The notes: generated by a model from the letters alone, not told the origin. A stretch of DNA of 64,000 nt from an uncultured Candidatus Rokubacteria bacterium (GCA_963754315.1 CAVWFS010000018.1:128001-192000), one strand, 5' to 3'; shown: positions 9,671 through 19,512, counted from the stretch's first letter. Numbers and translations: made by a program.

Positions 9671-10135
9671 ATGCCAAGCCACGCGCAGTTCTTGCCCCAG
9701 ATCGAACAGTTCATTCACGACAATCCGCAGGGCGTTCTGACCTCGTTCAGGCGCAATGGCATGCCCCAGCTCAGCATTGTCACCGTGTATCCGCGCGACG
9801 GCGGCGTGGGGATCTCCATCACCGAGAACCGGGCGAAGTTCAAGAACCTCTTGCGTGACCCCCGCTGCTCGGTCCTGATCTCGCACGCCGACTGGTGGTC
9901 GGGTTTCCTGGTGTTCGAGGGCAAAGCGGAGCTGACCCACTCTGGCAACACCGACCCCGAAGCTCTGCGTCGGGCACGTCGATACATCTTCAGCGCGACG
10001 ACCCGACGACGCAGCCGCGACTGGGACGAGTACGACAAGATCGCGGAGGCAGACAAGCGGGTGGCCATGGTGCTGAGACCGGAGCACGTGTACGGCTCCG
10101 CCCTGGTCCGCATGCGCGAAGCGCTGGCGAAGTAG
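9671..10135 (+). CDS. PPOX-class / pyridoxamine 5'-phosphate oxidase-like split-barrel flavoprotein (possibly F420-binding)
   Basis: GGAG RBS; GVLTSFRRNGMPQLSIV, RAKFKNLLRDPRCSV, LRPEHVYG. Confidence 0.75.
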   Translation: MPSHAQFLPQIEQFIHDNPQGVLTSFRRNGMPQLSIVTVYPRDGGVGISITENRAKFKNLLRDPRCSVLISHADWWSGFLVFEGKAELTHSGNTDPEALRRARRYIFSATTRRRSRDWDEYDKIAEADKRVAMVLRPEHVYGSALVRMREALAK

Positions 10136-10143
10136 GGCTCCAC

Positions 10144-12750
10144 ATGGGTGCGCAGGACGAGCACCCGACGGCCGGCGCCGCGCGGCGCCGGCGCGGTCCT
10201 CTCGCCGGCATTCGAGTCATCGAACTGGCGGACGAACAGGCGGAATACTGTGGACTGAGCCTGGCTGGGCTCGGCGCCGATGTCGTCAAAGTGGAGCCCC
10301 CCGGCGGAAGCCCCACGCGCCGTATCGGACCCTTCTACCAGGACCGTGAAGACCCCGAACGCTCGCTGTTCTTCTGGCAGTACAACCGCGGGAAGCGCTC
10401 CATCGTGCTCGATCTGCGCCAGCCGGCAGAGCGTAACCGATTCCGCGCACTGGTCACGACCGCCGACGTGCTTCTGGAGTCCACGCCGCGGGGAGAGCTC
10501 GACAGGCTGGGTCTGGACGCTGAGACACTGCTGCGGCAGCTTCCCACCCTCATCGTCGCGCGGATGTCTCCCTTTGGTGACCACGGCCCGTGGGCGGACT
10601 TCAAGGCATCGGACCTGGTGCACCTCGCTCTCGGTGGCGTCATGATGAACTGCGGCTACGATCCGGCCCCGGACGGCCGGTACGATCTGCCGCCAATCGC
10701 CCCCCAGATGTGGCACGCCTACCACATCGCCGGGGAACAGCTCACGGTCGCGATCATCGCTGCGCTGCTCTATCGCTGGCGGACAGGGAAAGGCCAGCGC
10801 CTGTCCTGTGCCATCCACGAGGCGGTAGCGAAATCCACCGAGGTCGACCTCATGTCGTGGGTGATGCGACGGGTCCTCGTCGTCCGCCAGACCTGCCGTC
10901 ATGCCCGGGAGACGGTCTCTCCACACCCTTCGATTGTGCACACGAAGGATGGACGCTGGGTGATGGCGAATCTTGGAACACGCCCCGGTGAAGCGGCGGC
11001 GCTCATCGGCCTGCTCGAGCGCTACGGCATGACGGCCGGGCTTGACGTGGATCAGGGTGTTGTGGGGCACGGCAGCAGGTTCGTGCCGGGCACCGCGCCT
11101 ACGACCGGGAAACGCGACCTCGCGATGGAAGCCATGCAGCGCTTCGTGCGTTCGTTCACCTACCAGAACGTGCCCTGGCGCGAAGCCCAGGAGGCAGGGA
11201 TGCTTTGGGCGCCCCTCCGGAAGCCCCACGAGAACGCCGTGGATCCGCACTGGCTCGCCCGCGGGAGCTGTACGGACATCGAGCATCCCGAGCTAGGCTG
11301 CTCCTTCCGCTACGCCACGAGCAAGTGGCTGGCAACGGGCACGGCCTGGTCGATCGGCCGGCGCGCTCCGCTGCTCAACGAGGATGCCGAGGCTGTGAAC
11401 ATCCCGCCGGTTCGTGACCTGCCAGTGATCAGTGTCTCCGCGCGTGCGCCGGTCGGTGAAGGACTCTCGCCACGCGGCAACCCGTTCCCACTGCACAACA
11501 CTCGGATCCTCGATTTCACGTGGTTTCTGGCCTCTGCCGGTGGCACGCGGTTCCTGAGCGCCTTCGGCGCCGAGAGCATCAAGGTGGAGCTGAAGAGCCA
11601 CCCAGACACCCGGATGGCCGCGATGGCACCGGTCGGAGGTCGAGCCGCGCGCGAGCAGGCCACGGGGCCGCTCCCCGGCGTCACCGACCCGGACATGGGC
11701 GGGCAGTTCAACAACAAGAACCCGGGCAAGCGAGGAATCTCGCTCAATGTCAGGCATCCAAAGGGTCTGGAGATCGCGAGACGCCTGGTGGCGATGTCCG
11801 ATGTCGTCGCGGAGGGCTTCTCGCCCGGCGTCCTCGAAAGCTGGGGACTGGGATACGACGCGCTGCGCGCCATCAAGCCGGACATCATCTATGTCCAGCA
11901 GTCGGGTATGGGAGCGCAAGGCACCTACGGCCGCTTTCGTACCGTGGGTCCGATCGCCAACTCCTTTTCCGGCCTGTCGGAGATGTCGGGGCTTCCCGAG
12001 CCAGCGATGCCGGCTGGCTGGGGCTATTCCTATCTGGACTGGATGGGGGCCTACAGCTTTGCCCTGGCCATCCTCACGGCGCTCTTCCATCGCGCGCGCA
12101 CGGGCGAGGGACAATGGGTCGATGCCTCGCAGTGCGAGGTGGGGCTGTTCATCAGCGGCACCACTATCCTGGACTGGTCTGCCAACCGCCGCATCTGGTC
12201 ACGCTACGGCAACCGCTCTCCCTACAAGCCGGCGGCCCCTCACAACGTTTATCCCTGCGCGGGGGACGATCGGTGGCTCGCCATCGCCTGCTTCACGGAC
12301 GCCGAGTGGCGTGCGCTGACTCAGGTTGCGGGACACGCTGAGTGGGCTAACGATGGCCGCTTCAGCGATCTCGCGGGCCGCCTGGCGCACCAGGACGCTC
12401 TCGACGATCTCGTCGGAGGCTGGACGAAGTCGCACGATGCCTACGAGAGCATGCTGGCCCTGCAGGGCGCCGGCGTGCCGGCCGGAGTGTGCCAGACGGC
12501 AGCGGATCGTTGCGATCATGACCCGCAATTGGCGGCCCTCTCGTGGTTGACCGAAGTGACGGGCACGAAGATCGGTCGCTGGCCGATCGCCGAGGTGCCC
12601 GTCAAGCTGAGCGAGAGCCCAGCCTATATCGGCGGCCGCCTCGACCGCGGCGCTCCCTGCTACGGCGAGGACAATCACTACGTGTACGGCGAGTTGCTGG
12701 GGATGTCGTCGCGCGAGATCGACACTCTGGCCGCCGAGGGCGTGATCTGA
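10144..12750 (+). CDS. Fused two-domain class III (CaiB/BaiF) CoA-transferase
   Basis: Two CaiB modules: GPLAGIRVIE/GADVVKVEPP/NRGKRS and RILDFTW/GAESIKVE/NPGKRG. Confidence 0.9.
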   Translation: MGAQDEHPTAGAARRRRGPLAGIRVIELADEQAEYCGLSLAGLGADVVKVEPPGGSPTRRIGPFYQDREDPERSLFFWQYNRGKRSIVLDLRQPAERNRFRALVTTADVLLESTPRGELDRLGLDAETLLRQLPTLIVARMSPFGDHGPWADFKASDLVHLALGGVMMNCGYDPAPDGRYDLPPIAPQMWHAYHIAGEQLTVAIIAALLYRWRTGKGQRLSCAIHEAVAKSTEVDLMSWVMRRVLVVRQTCRHARETVSPHPSIVHTKDGRWVMANLGTRPGEAAALIGLLERYGMTAGLDVDQGVVGHGSRFVPGTAPTTGKRDLAMEAMQRFVRSFTYQNVPWREAQEAGMLWAPLRKPHENAVDPHWLARGSCTDIEHPELGCSFRYATSKWLATGTAWSIGRRAPLLNEDAEAVNIPPVRDLPVISVSARAPVGEGLSPRGNPFPLHNTRILDFTWFLASAGGTRFLSAFGAESIKVELKSHPDTRMAAMAPVGGRAAREQATGPLPGVTDPDMGGQFNNKNPGKRGISLNVRHPKGLEIARRLVAMSDVVAEGFSPGVLESWGLGYDALRAIKPDIIYVQQSGMGAQGTYGRFRTVGPIANSFSGLSEMSGLPEPAMPAGWGYSYLDWMGAYSFALAILTALFHRARTGEGQWVDASQCEVGLFISGTTILDWSANRRIWSRYGNRSPYKPAAPHNVYPCAGDDRWLAIACFTDAEWRALTQVAGHAEWANDGRFSDLAGRLAHQDALDDLVGGWTKSHDAYESMLALQGAGVPAGVCQTAADRCDHDPQLAALSWLTEVTGTKIGRWPIAEVPVKLSESPAYIGGRLDRGAPCYGEDNHYVYGELLGMSSREIDTLAAEGVI

Positions 12751-12758
12751 CCGCTGCG

Positions 12759-13952
12759 TCAGTAGGGTTCTCTGACGAAGATGAAGGTCGTGCCCTGCAC
12801 GACAGGAGCGCTGGCGCCGACGAAGGAGACCTCGACGTTCTTGACCTGACGTTCCTCGGCACGTCCGGACGCTTGCAGAGCGCCCTCGATGATGTGCCAC
12901 AGACCGTGAATGCGTCCGGTGCCCAGGCTGCCCCCGAAGGTGTTCAGGGGAAGCTCGCCGTCGAGCTCGATACGTCCGTCCTGGATGAAATCGAGCGCGG
13001 CGCCCTCCGGACAGAATCCGTAGGATTCCAAGCCGTAGATCACCGAGGCCGAGAAGCCGTCGTAGATCTGGGCCACATCGACGTCGCGCGGGCTGAGCCC
13101 TGAACGCTCCCACGTGAGGCGTGACGAGCTACGCCCGCCCTCCATGTAGTCGCTCAGGCTCCCGATGCGCCCGGCCACCTCGAAGGCGAGCCGTTGACCG
13201 TACCCCGCGAGGTAGGCGGGCCGCGGCTTCAAGTCGCGCGCGCGATCGGCCGTGGTCAGGACAATGGCAACGGCTCCCTGCACGGGAATGTCGCAGTCGT
13301 AGAGGCAGAACGGATAGGCCACCATCCGGGAGCTGAGGTAGTCCTCGCGAGTGAGAGGCGTTCCGTAGAAGTAGGCGTGGGGGTTCTTCTGGGCGTGGCG
13401 GCGCTGGGTCACGGCGAGGGTGGCCATCTTCTCGCGGTTCTGGCCGTGCCGTTCCAGCCAGCGCGTGTACGCGACCGCCATGCCCTGTCCAGGCCCACCG
13501 AACCCGTAAGGCGCGGTGAACTGGGCCGGGCCCGGGGCGTGGGTGCCCGGCAGGTTCTGATAGGTGCCGCGAGGGTTGTGCATCGCGCGCCAGACCACCG
13601 CATGGGTGCACACGCCGGCCAGGAGCGCGTTGACGGCCTGCTGGACGGCTCCTCCGATATTGACCGTGTCCACCTGAACCTGCCAGCTGAGGTTGGGGAG
13701 CTTCAGCATCGCCATCATGCAGTTGACCGATACGATGGTGATGCCGTCCACCACTGCGTGCCCGGTGGCTGGCAGCTCGGGATAGGTCGCCAGCCCATCG
13801 ATGTCGGACAGGGCCAGCCCAGAATCGTCCACGGCGCTCGTGACCGCCTGTCGAGCATGGGCAGCGAGCGGGATCTCCGCCGACCGAGTGACGCGAGAGA
13901 ATCCCACGCCGCTCACGGCGACCTTGCACCGGTGCTCCCACATGTGGCCCAT
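12759..13952 (-). CDS. Thiolase-family protein (SCP2/Ltp2-like)
   Basis: KVAVSGVG, HAQKNPHA, LYDCD, AQIYDGF, LPLNTFGGSLG; downstream of a DUF35 gene. Confidence 0.85.
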   Translation of the reverse strand: MGHMWEHRCKVAVSGVGFSRVTRSAEIPLAAHARQAVTSAVDDSGLALSDIDGLATYPELPATGHAVVDGITIVSVNCMMAMLKLPNLSWQVQVDTVNIGGAVQQAVNALLAGVCTHAVVWRAMHNPRGTYQNLPGTHAPGPAQFTAPYGFGGPGQGMAVAYTRWLERHGQNREKMATLAVTQRRHAQKNPHAYFYGTPLTREDYLSSRMVAYPFCLYDCDIPVQGAVAIVLTTADRARDLKPRPAYLAGYGQRLAFEVAGRIGSLSDYMEGGRSSSRLTWERSGLSPRDVDVAQIYDGFSASVIYGLESYGFCPEGAALDFIQDGRIELDGELPLNTFGGSLGTGRIHGLWHIIEGALQASGRAEERQVKNVEVSFVGASAPVVQGTTFIFVREPY

Positions 13953-13961
13953 GTCCTGGAG

Positions 13962-14395
13962 CTACGAGGCTGAGGGCGCCAGCCGAAACTGGGGCAAGGT
14001 GATGTCGTCGTTCAGGGGCTCGAAGACTACCTCTACTCGTCGTCCCACCTTGGCCTCAGTGTAGGGAGCATCGAGCAGGTTACCGACCAGGAGGGCGCCG
14101 GGGGCGTCGTCGAGCTCCACGATGATGCTCGCGTAGGGTATGGCTCCCGCGAATCGCCGATCGCCGGCGTGATACATGATGGTGTACGCGTAGATGGAGC
14201 CCTGGCCTCGTACGGGCTCGAACTTGAGATCGATGGCCATGCAGGTCACGCAGGTCGGGTAGGGAGGATGCTGGAAATGCCCGCATGCCTGACAGCGCTG
14301 CAGGGCCACCCCCCCTGCTTGGCCGCATCCCAGAAGGGTTTCGTCCACTCATTCGGAACAGGGATAGGCCTGGTCACCGTGCTCCAGTCGCTCAT
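13962..14395 (-). pseudogene. Zn-ribbon/OB-fold DUF35 (ChsH2-like) protein with a frameshift in a G7 run (real lesion or sequencing error)
   Basis: N-part MSDWSTVTRPIPVPNEWTKPFWDAAKQG lies in one frame and ALQRCQACGHFQHPPYPTCVTC... in another; the switch is at the homopolymer 14309-14315. Confidence 0.8.
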
Positions 14396-14430
14396 CGCCT
14401 CGGCCTCGATGAAAGGGTGCTCGCCGGCAT
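14392..14430 (-). other. Short leader ORF MPASTLSSRPRR coupled (ATGA) to the DUF35 gene
   Basis: AAGGAGG 7 nt before ATG 14430; its TGA overlaps ATG 14395. Confidence 0.4.
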
Positions 14431-14617
14431 GCTGGTGCCTCCTTGATCCGCGCGATGGTAGCATCGCGTGGCGGTCGAATGGCTCAGCACAGAAGACGAA
14501 TCGACGAAATTGCGTAGGCAGGCCACTCGAAGTTGGCGCTTGACCACTAGTCCGAGCCCGTTGTAGAGCAGGGACGATAGGAGAAAGAGTCTTGTTGCCC
14601 GTTGAGAGGAGAGCGCC

Positions 14618-15088
14618 ATGGCACGCCGATGCCCGACACTGCTTACCCCCTTCGCCATCCTGGTCCTCCTAGCGGCCGGCACCGCGTCGGCCCAGGATTG
14701 CAGCGGGACCATCACCGCCGACGAGGCGATGAACGCCGAGACCGCTCGCTACGCCGCGCAGACCGCCAACGACTTCGCGGCCATGGAGAAGATGTTCGGG
14801 ACCGACCTCACGTATAACCATTCGTCGGCCGCCACCGATGACAAGAAGGCGTACATCGAAGGCATGCGCTCGGGACGCGTGAAGTACCGGAAGATGACCC
14901 CGAATAGCGACATGAAGACGCGTACCTATGGCTGCCTGGCCATCATTACGGGCACCGCCGTGTACGAGGTGACGGCGAGTGGTCAGGACCGCACCGTTCC
15001 TCTCCGCTTCACCGCCATCTGGGCGAAACGGCCGTCCGGGCTCGAGTTCGTGTCGTGGCAGTCGACCGGGATTCCGCCGAAGCAATAA
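14618..15088 (+). CDS. Secreted NTF2-like / DUF4440 protein
   Basis: AGGAG RBS; signal peptide ending ASA; LTYNHSS, FTAIWAK, VSWQST. Confidence 0.8.
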   Translation: MARRCPTLLTPFAILVLLAAGTASAQDCSGTITADEAMNAETARYAAQTANDFAAMEKMFGTDLTYNHSSAATDDKKAYIEGMRSGRVKYRKMTPNSDMKTRTYGCLAIITGTAVYEVTASGQDRTVPLRFTAIWAKRPSGLEFVSWQSTGIPPKQ

Positions 15089-15096
15089 AATCAGGA

Positions 15097-15825
15097 TTAT
15101 GGCGTGTGTTTCCCGAGGAAATCCTTGATGCGAAGTTTGGCCGCCGTCAGGGCGGCGCCTTCCTTCCACTCGGGGATGAACTCGCAGTTGGGGAGCAGCT
15201 TGGCGACCTCCTCGGAGATTGCGAACGGATGCGCCTCGTCGTTGCCGGCCAGCACCAGGCACGGCGTCCGGCAGCTCGACACGAACGCACGGTCCACGCT
15301 GTAGACAAACCCGGGACCGTACAAGTTCTGATGGAACGCATCCAGCACCTGCTGGCTGGCCTCGGGGTGTTTGGCGAGCGACTCGGCCCATGCGTTGAAC
15401 CGGGCGGAGCGTCCCGCCGGCATGGGGCCTACTCGCCCGATGGGCTGCGCGAGCACCGCGCACGCTACGCGTTGGGGCTGAGCCTTAAGCAGGTTCAGGA
15501 TGAAGGACCCGCCGATGCACTGACCATATAGGTGACAGCGCTCGATGCCCAGGTGATCCAGCACTGCGATGTGATCGGCGGTGTAGGTGTGCCAGCCGTC
15601 TTGTCCCGTGATGGGAGCTACGGAGCGTCCGCCCGCGTTGCGCTGATCCATCGCGATCACCCGGAAGGATGCCGCGAATTCCTTGATGGGGTTCACGGGG
15701 GCGGCGGGGCGGTTCCAGACCTCGATGACCGACTGCAGGCCCGCGGGCGCGAATGTGAGGATGGGGAAGCCTTGGCCGAACTCCTCGTAGTAGATGGACG
15801 CCCCCTGGTGCTCAATGCTAGGCAT
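15097..15825 (-). CDS. Alpha/beta hydrolase with a Cys at the nucleophile elbow
   Basis: IYYEEFGQG, RVIAMDQRNAGG, GQCIG elbow, PCLVLAGND. Confidence 0.8.
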   Translation of the reverse strand: MPSIEHQGASIYYEEFGQGFPILTFAPAGLQSVIEVWNRPAAPVNPIKEFAASFRVIAMDQRNAGGRSVAPITGQDGWHTYTADHIAVLDHLGIERCHLYGQCIGGSFILNLLKAQPQRVACAVLAQPIGRVGPMPAGRSARFNAWAESLAKHPEASQQVLDAFHQNLYGPGFVYSVDRAFVSSCRTPCLVLAGNDEAHPFAISEEVAKLLPNCEFIPEWKEGAALTAAKLRIKDFLGKHTP

Positions 15826-15956
15826 GCGCGTGTCCTTTCAGCTCTTGTCCCGAGGAGTGCTCTCGCGTATCGCCTCTTTAGCCCATATCCTGACCCTTTT
15901 CAAGGGTGGGCGTCGATGTCATTCTCGTGTGAGCCAGTCCGACAACGGGGGTTTCG

Positions 15957-17045
15957 ATGGCACATTCTGTTCGGGGCGTCGTTGCCAAGAGCAAGGGGCG
16001 ACCGGTCGAGCTGACCTCGATTCTGGTGCCCGATCCGGGTCCGGGAGAAGCTCTGGTTCGGGTGCAGGCGTGTGGGGTCTGTCATACCGACCTCCACTAT
16101 CGCGAAGGTGGTATCAACAACGACTTTCCCTTCCTCCTTGGGCACGAGGCGGCCGGGCTCGTGGAAGCGGTGGGCGCGGACGTGACCAAGGTGAAGCCCG
16201 GCGACTTCGTGATTCTCAACTGGCGGGCGGTGTGCGGCACCTGCCGGTCGTGTCGTCGCGGCAAGCCCAACCTCTGCTTCAGCACGTTCAATGCGACGCA
16301 GAAGATGACCCTGGCCGACGGCACTCCGCTGTCGGCCGCCCTCGGTATCGGCGCCTTCGCGGAGAAGAGCCTGGTCGCGGCCGGCCAGTGCACGCGAGTG
16401 AATCCGGCGGTGAAGCCGGAAGTGGCCGGCCTCCTCGGCTGCGGGGTGATGGCCGGCATCGGGGCAGCGATGCTCACCGGGGCGGTGCAGCGCGGAGACA
16501 GTGTGGCCGTGTTCGGCTGCGGTGGCGTCGGCAACGGGGCCATCGTGGGCGCGCGGCTGGCCGGCGCTACCACGATCGTGGCCGTCGATATCGACGACCG
16601 CAAGCTCGAATGGGCGAGACGGTTCGGCGCCACCCACACGGTCAACAGCAAGCAGGCTGATCCGGTCGCGGCCGTTCAAGCTGCCACCAACGGCCACGGC
16701 GCCGACGTCTGCGTGGAAGCCGTCGGGCATCCCGAGGTGCTGCGGCAGGCTTTCTTCGCGCGCGATCTCGCCGGGACGGTCGTTCAGGTGGGTGTTCCTA
16801 CGCCGACGATGAAGTTTCCCGACATACCCATGATCGAATTCTTCGGACGAGGCGGTGCCCTGAAGCCGAGCTGGTACGGCGACTGCCTGCCTGACCGTGA
16901 TTTTCCTCTCCTGGTCGATCTCCACCTGCAGGGTCGGCTTCCGCTCCACGATTTCGTCACCGAGACGATCGGCCTCGATGACGTCGAGGAAGCCTTCCAT
17001 CGGATGGAGCGGGGTGAAGTGTTACGCAGCGTGGTGGTGCTGTGA
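15957..17045 (+). CDS. mscR: S-(hydroxymethyl)mycothiol dehydrogenase-like Zn-dependent dehydrogenase
   Basis: [31 protein letters not shown] Zn site, [35 protein letters not shown] are typical of MscR/AdhE2. Confidence 0.85.
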   Translation: MAHSVRGVVAKSKGRPVELTSILVPDPGPGEALVRVQACGVCHTDLHYREGGINNDFPFLLGHEAAGLVEAVGADVTKVKPGDFVILNWRAVCGTCRSCRRGKPNLCFSTFNATQKMTLADGTPLSAALGIGAFAEKSLVAAGQCTRVNPAVKPEVAGLLGCGVMAGIGAAMLTGAVQRGDSVAVFGCGGVGNGAIVGARLAGATTIVAVDIDDRKLEWARRFGATHTVNSKQADPVAAVQAATNGHGADVCVEAVGHPEVLRQAFFARDLAGTVVQVGVPTPTMKFPDIPMIEFFGRGGALKPSWYGDCLPDRDFPLLVDLHLQGRLPLHDFVTETIGLDDVEEAFHRMERGEVLRSVVVL

Positions 17046-17662
17046 TCGAGCTCGTGACCACCGAGGGCATCTTCGCCCTCGACGGGGGTGAGTGGGCGGT
17101 CACCAACAACGTCTGGCTGATCGGTAACGACCGCGAGGTCATCGTGATCGACGCCGCCCACGATGCGTCGCCGATCGTGGCGGCGGTGCACGGCCGGCGC
17201 GTGCGGGCCATCGCGTTGACCCATGGTCACAACGATCACATCAACGCGGCGGCGGCGCTACAAATCGAAGTCGACGCGCCCATCCTGTTGCATCCCGACG
17301 ACCGGATGCTGTGGCGCGTGGTCTATCCCGATCGGGATCCCGACGGCGCGCTGGTCGATGGAGGACTGCTGGAAGCCGGCGGGGCCAAGCTGGGCGTGCT
17401 GCACACGCCGGGTCACTCGCCGGGCGGGTGCTGCTTTCACCTGCTGGACGGGGCTGCGGAGGCGCGCGGTGTGGTGTTCACCGGCGACACCTTGTTCTGC
17501 GGCGGGCCCGGCGCGACGGGCCGCAGCTTCAGCGACTACGATACGATCGTCGCCTCGATTCGCCGCCGTTTGTTCGCGCTTCCCGCCAGCACGGTCGTTC
17601 ACACTGGCCACGGCCAGAGTACAACCGTGGGCGCCGAAGCGGAGTCTCTGGGCCGGTCCTGA
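17042..17662 (+). CDS. MBL-fold hydrolase (glyoxalase II-like), usual partner gene of mscR
   Basis: GTGA overlap; [39 protein letters not shown]. Confidence 0.85.
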   Translation: MIELVTTEGIFALDGGEWAVTNNVWLIGNDREVIVIDAAHDASPIVAAVHGRRVRAIALTHGHNDHINAAAALQIEVDAPILLHPDDRMLWRVVYPDRDPDGALVDGGLLEAGGAKLGVLHTPGHSPGGCCFHLLDGAAEARGVVFTGDTLFCGGPGATGRSFSDYDTIVASIRRRLFALPASTVVHTGHGQSTTVGAEAESLGRS

Positions 17663-17939
17663 TCGCAAGCGGCCGTTACCTCAACGTCGCAGTGCGACGC
17701 CAGCCGTATCGAGGCGCCGGCCGGCATGGTACGCGTGCGCCGAGCCGGCCAAGAATCGCGCGTTTCCCACACCGTCAGTGCAGAGGGGTCCCTCCTAGCT
17801 GACATCGTCGGAACGAGACTCCGACGCAGCCCGCGAGACCGAGTAAGGCATGTCCCTCTCGACACGGCGTGCTGCAACGGGTATGTCGAGGAGCTTACGC
17901 GCTTCCGCGACCGGGGTATCGTCCAGCGCTGCAGGTCGG

Positions 17940-17955
17940 TGGCAACTGGCTTGCA
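17940..17955 (+). promoter_or_regulatory. Candidate sigma-54 (-24/-12) promoter
   Basis: TGGCAACTGGCTTGCA fits TGGCA-N6-TTGCA (GG-N10-GC) and lies about 50 nt upstream of ATG 18007. Confidence 0.55.
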
Positions 17956-18006
17956 TGTTTCGCACAAGGCGGGACTGCCGCAAACCTTGCAGATATGGAG
18001 GCACTC

Positions 18007-18396
18007 ATGAGAAGCGTGGGCTGGATCGGGATCGCCGTAATGACGACAGGTTTGTTTTGGGCTGCTCAGGCTGCCGCCGGGCCAATGAGATACGCGGGAA
18101 CCGTTCGGACGGTTGACCTCACGACGGGGTCGCTGGTTGTGGAGGACGTGGGGCCGGCGACGCGCGAAACCGACACTCCGGTCACGCCGCGAACGATTGC
18201 CCTGGGGCCCTCGACTGAATACTTCGTGGCTGAGCGTGCCGACAAGGGCGACAGCGGATACCGCAACGATTGGGCAACGGTCAGGGCGAGCCGTTCGGAG
18301 ATCAAGGTCGGGGAGTTCGTCGCGGTGGAGTGTCAGCAGGAGGGTGATCGCTGCACGGCTTCGAAGCTGGTCGTCGTTCGACCCAGCGCGCCCTGA
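18007..18396 (+). CDS. Hypothetical secreted small beta-barrel (OB-like) protein
   Basis: GGAGG RBS; signal peptide; GTVRTVD...IKVGEFVAV pattern. Confidence 0.65.
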   Translation: MRSVGWIGIAVMTTGLFWAAQAAAGPMRYAGTVRTVDLTTGSLVVEDVGPATRETDTPVTPRTIALGPSTEYFVAERADKGDSGYRNDWATVRASRSEIKVGEFVAVECQQEGDRCTASKLVVVRPSAP

Positions 18397-18466
18397 AGAT
18401 CGCGACTCTGTGTCGTCCTCCAGTCACAGCGGCACGCTTGCCGGCGTTGCCTGTGGAGGTGTGCAA

Positions 18467-19018
18467 TTGAAAAAGCGCGTACCGACGTCGAAGACTCGCA
18501 CAACCCGTGCGAAGTCACGGGCAGCAAAGGCGAAGCGCCGGCCCGCCACGACCAAGGCCCGCAGCGAACCGCCGAAGCGTCGGACGACGTCGGGCACGGC
18601 GAAGCCGAGGAAGAGTCGCCCAGAGCGGAGCCCCGGCTCGGCGGCTCGGGTCAGACTGTCCCAGCATGCTGTCCGGCGTCCCCGGCTGGCGCCTCCCCTT
18701 CAGGGCCCCGAGGATGCTGGCCGTATCACGCGATTGCATGAAGAGAGACTGCTCCATCATGAGGTCAGCCCTACCCTCAGCGGGGGAGATATCGATGCGG
18801 ATTGGGTGGACGCCGAGGGCTCCGGCGAGGAGTCCGTAGGCGGCAGCGTGGCCACGCCCGATCAGGATGTGGTCGACGAGATCGGCCGTGCCCTCGGGGT
18901 CGAGCAGGCGCCGACTCAGCCCGTGACCAGCTCGGAAGAGATTCTTCGTGAGCGCGCGGCGCACCGCTGGGAACTCGAGCGTGAGGCCAGCGCCGAGGAC
19001 GACCGCCGGGAGCGATAG
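18467..19018 (+). CDS. DUF6335-like protein with a basic K/R-rich N-terminus
   Basis: GGAGGT before GTG 18461 / TTG 18467; SPTLSGGDIDADW...GEESVGGSVATPDQDVVDEIGRALG...RWEL. Confidence 0.7.
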   Translation: MKKRVPTSKTRTTRAKSRAAKAKRRPATTKARSEPPKRRTTSGTAKPRKSRPERSPGSAARVRLSQHAVRRPRLAPPLQGPEDAGRITRLHEERLLHHEVSPTLSGGDIDADWVDAEGSGEESVGGSVATPDQDVVDEIGRALGVEQAPTQPVTSSEEILRERAAHRWELEREASAEDDRRER

Positions 19019-19026
19019 GGATGTAA

Positions 19027-19512
19027 TCAAGGCACCTCGTTCATGAACACCGTGTAGTCGAGGTCACCCGGGGAGTGGCCGAGGCGCTCGAGCAGCAGCC
19101 CCGTCTCGGCACGATGGGCCGTCCCGTGGTTGGCCAGGTGCAGGATGAGCTCGTCGAGCGGTTGCGCCCGGGGCACACCGCTGCGCGGGGTGTATTTCAC
19201 GATGCGCGTGAGGTCGACGCCGCTCAGGCTCCCGAGGTACTCGCGCAAGGCCTCATGCGACGCAGCGTAGGCCGCGCGCCAGGACGGGATCGGCGGACGG
19301 TCCACCGGCGGGAGCGGGTCGCCTTTCCACCTAGCCAGCCAGAGGCGCTGCACGATGAGCATGTGCCACAGATTGTTGGCCACGCTTCCGAAATATGCCT
19401 CGCGCGGTCGTTCCAGCTCTTCCACGCTCAGGCGCTCAGCAGCGGCCACCAGTTTCTCGTCCGCCCACTGATTGTACGCAATCGTCCGACGCAGTTGCGC
19501 CAGGTCCACCAT
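19027..19512 (-). CDS. DinB family protein
   Basis: YNQWADEKL, YFGSV..NLWH, HLANHGTAHR, PGDLDY. Confidence 0.85.
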   Translation of the reverse strand: MVDLAQLRRTIAYNQWADEKLVAAAERLSVEELERPREAYFGSVANNLWHMLIVQRLWLARWKGDPLPPVDRPPIPSWRAAYAASHEALREYLGSLSGVDLTRIVKYTPRSGVPRAQPLDELILHLANHGTAHRAETGLLLERLGHSPGDLDYTVFMNEVP

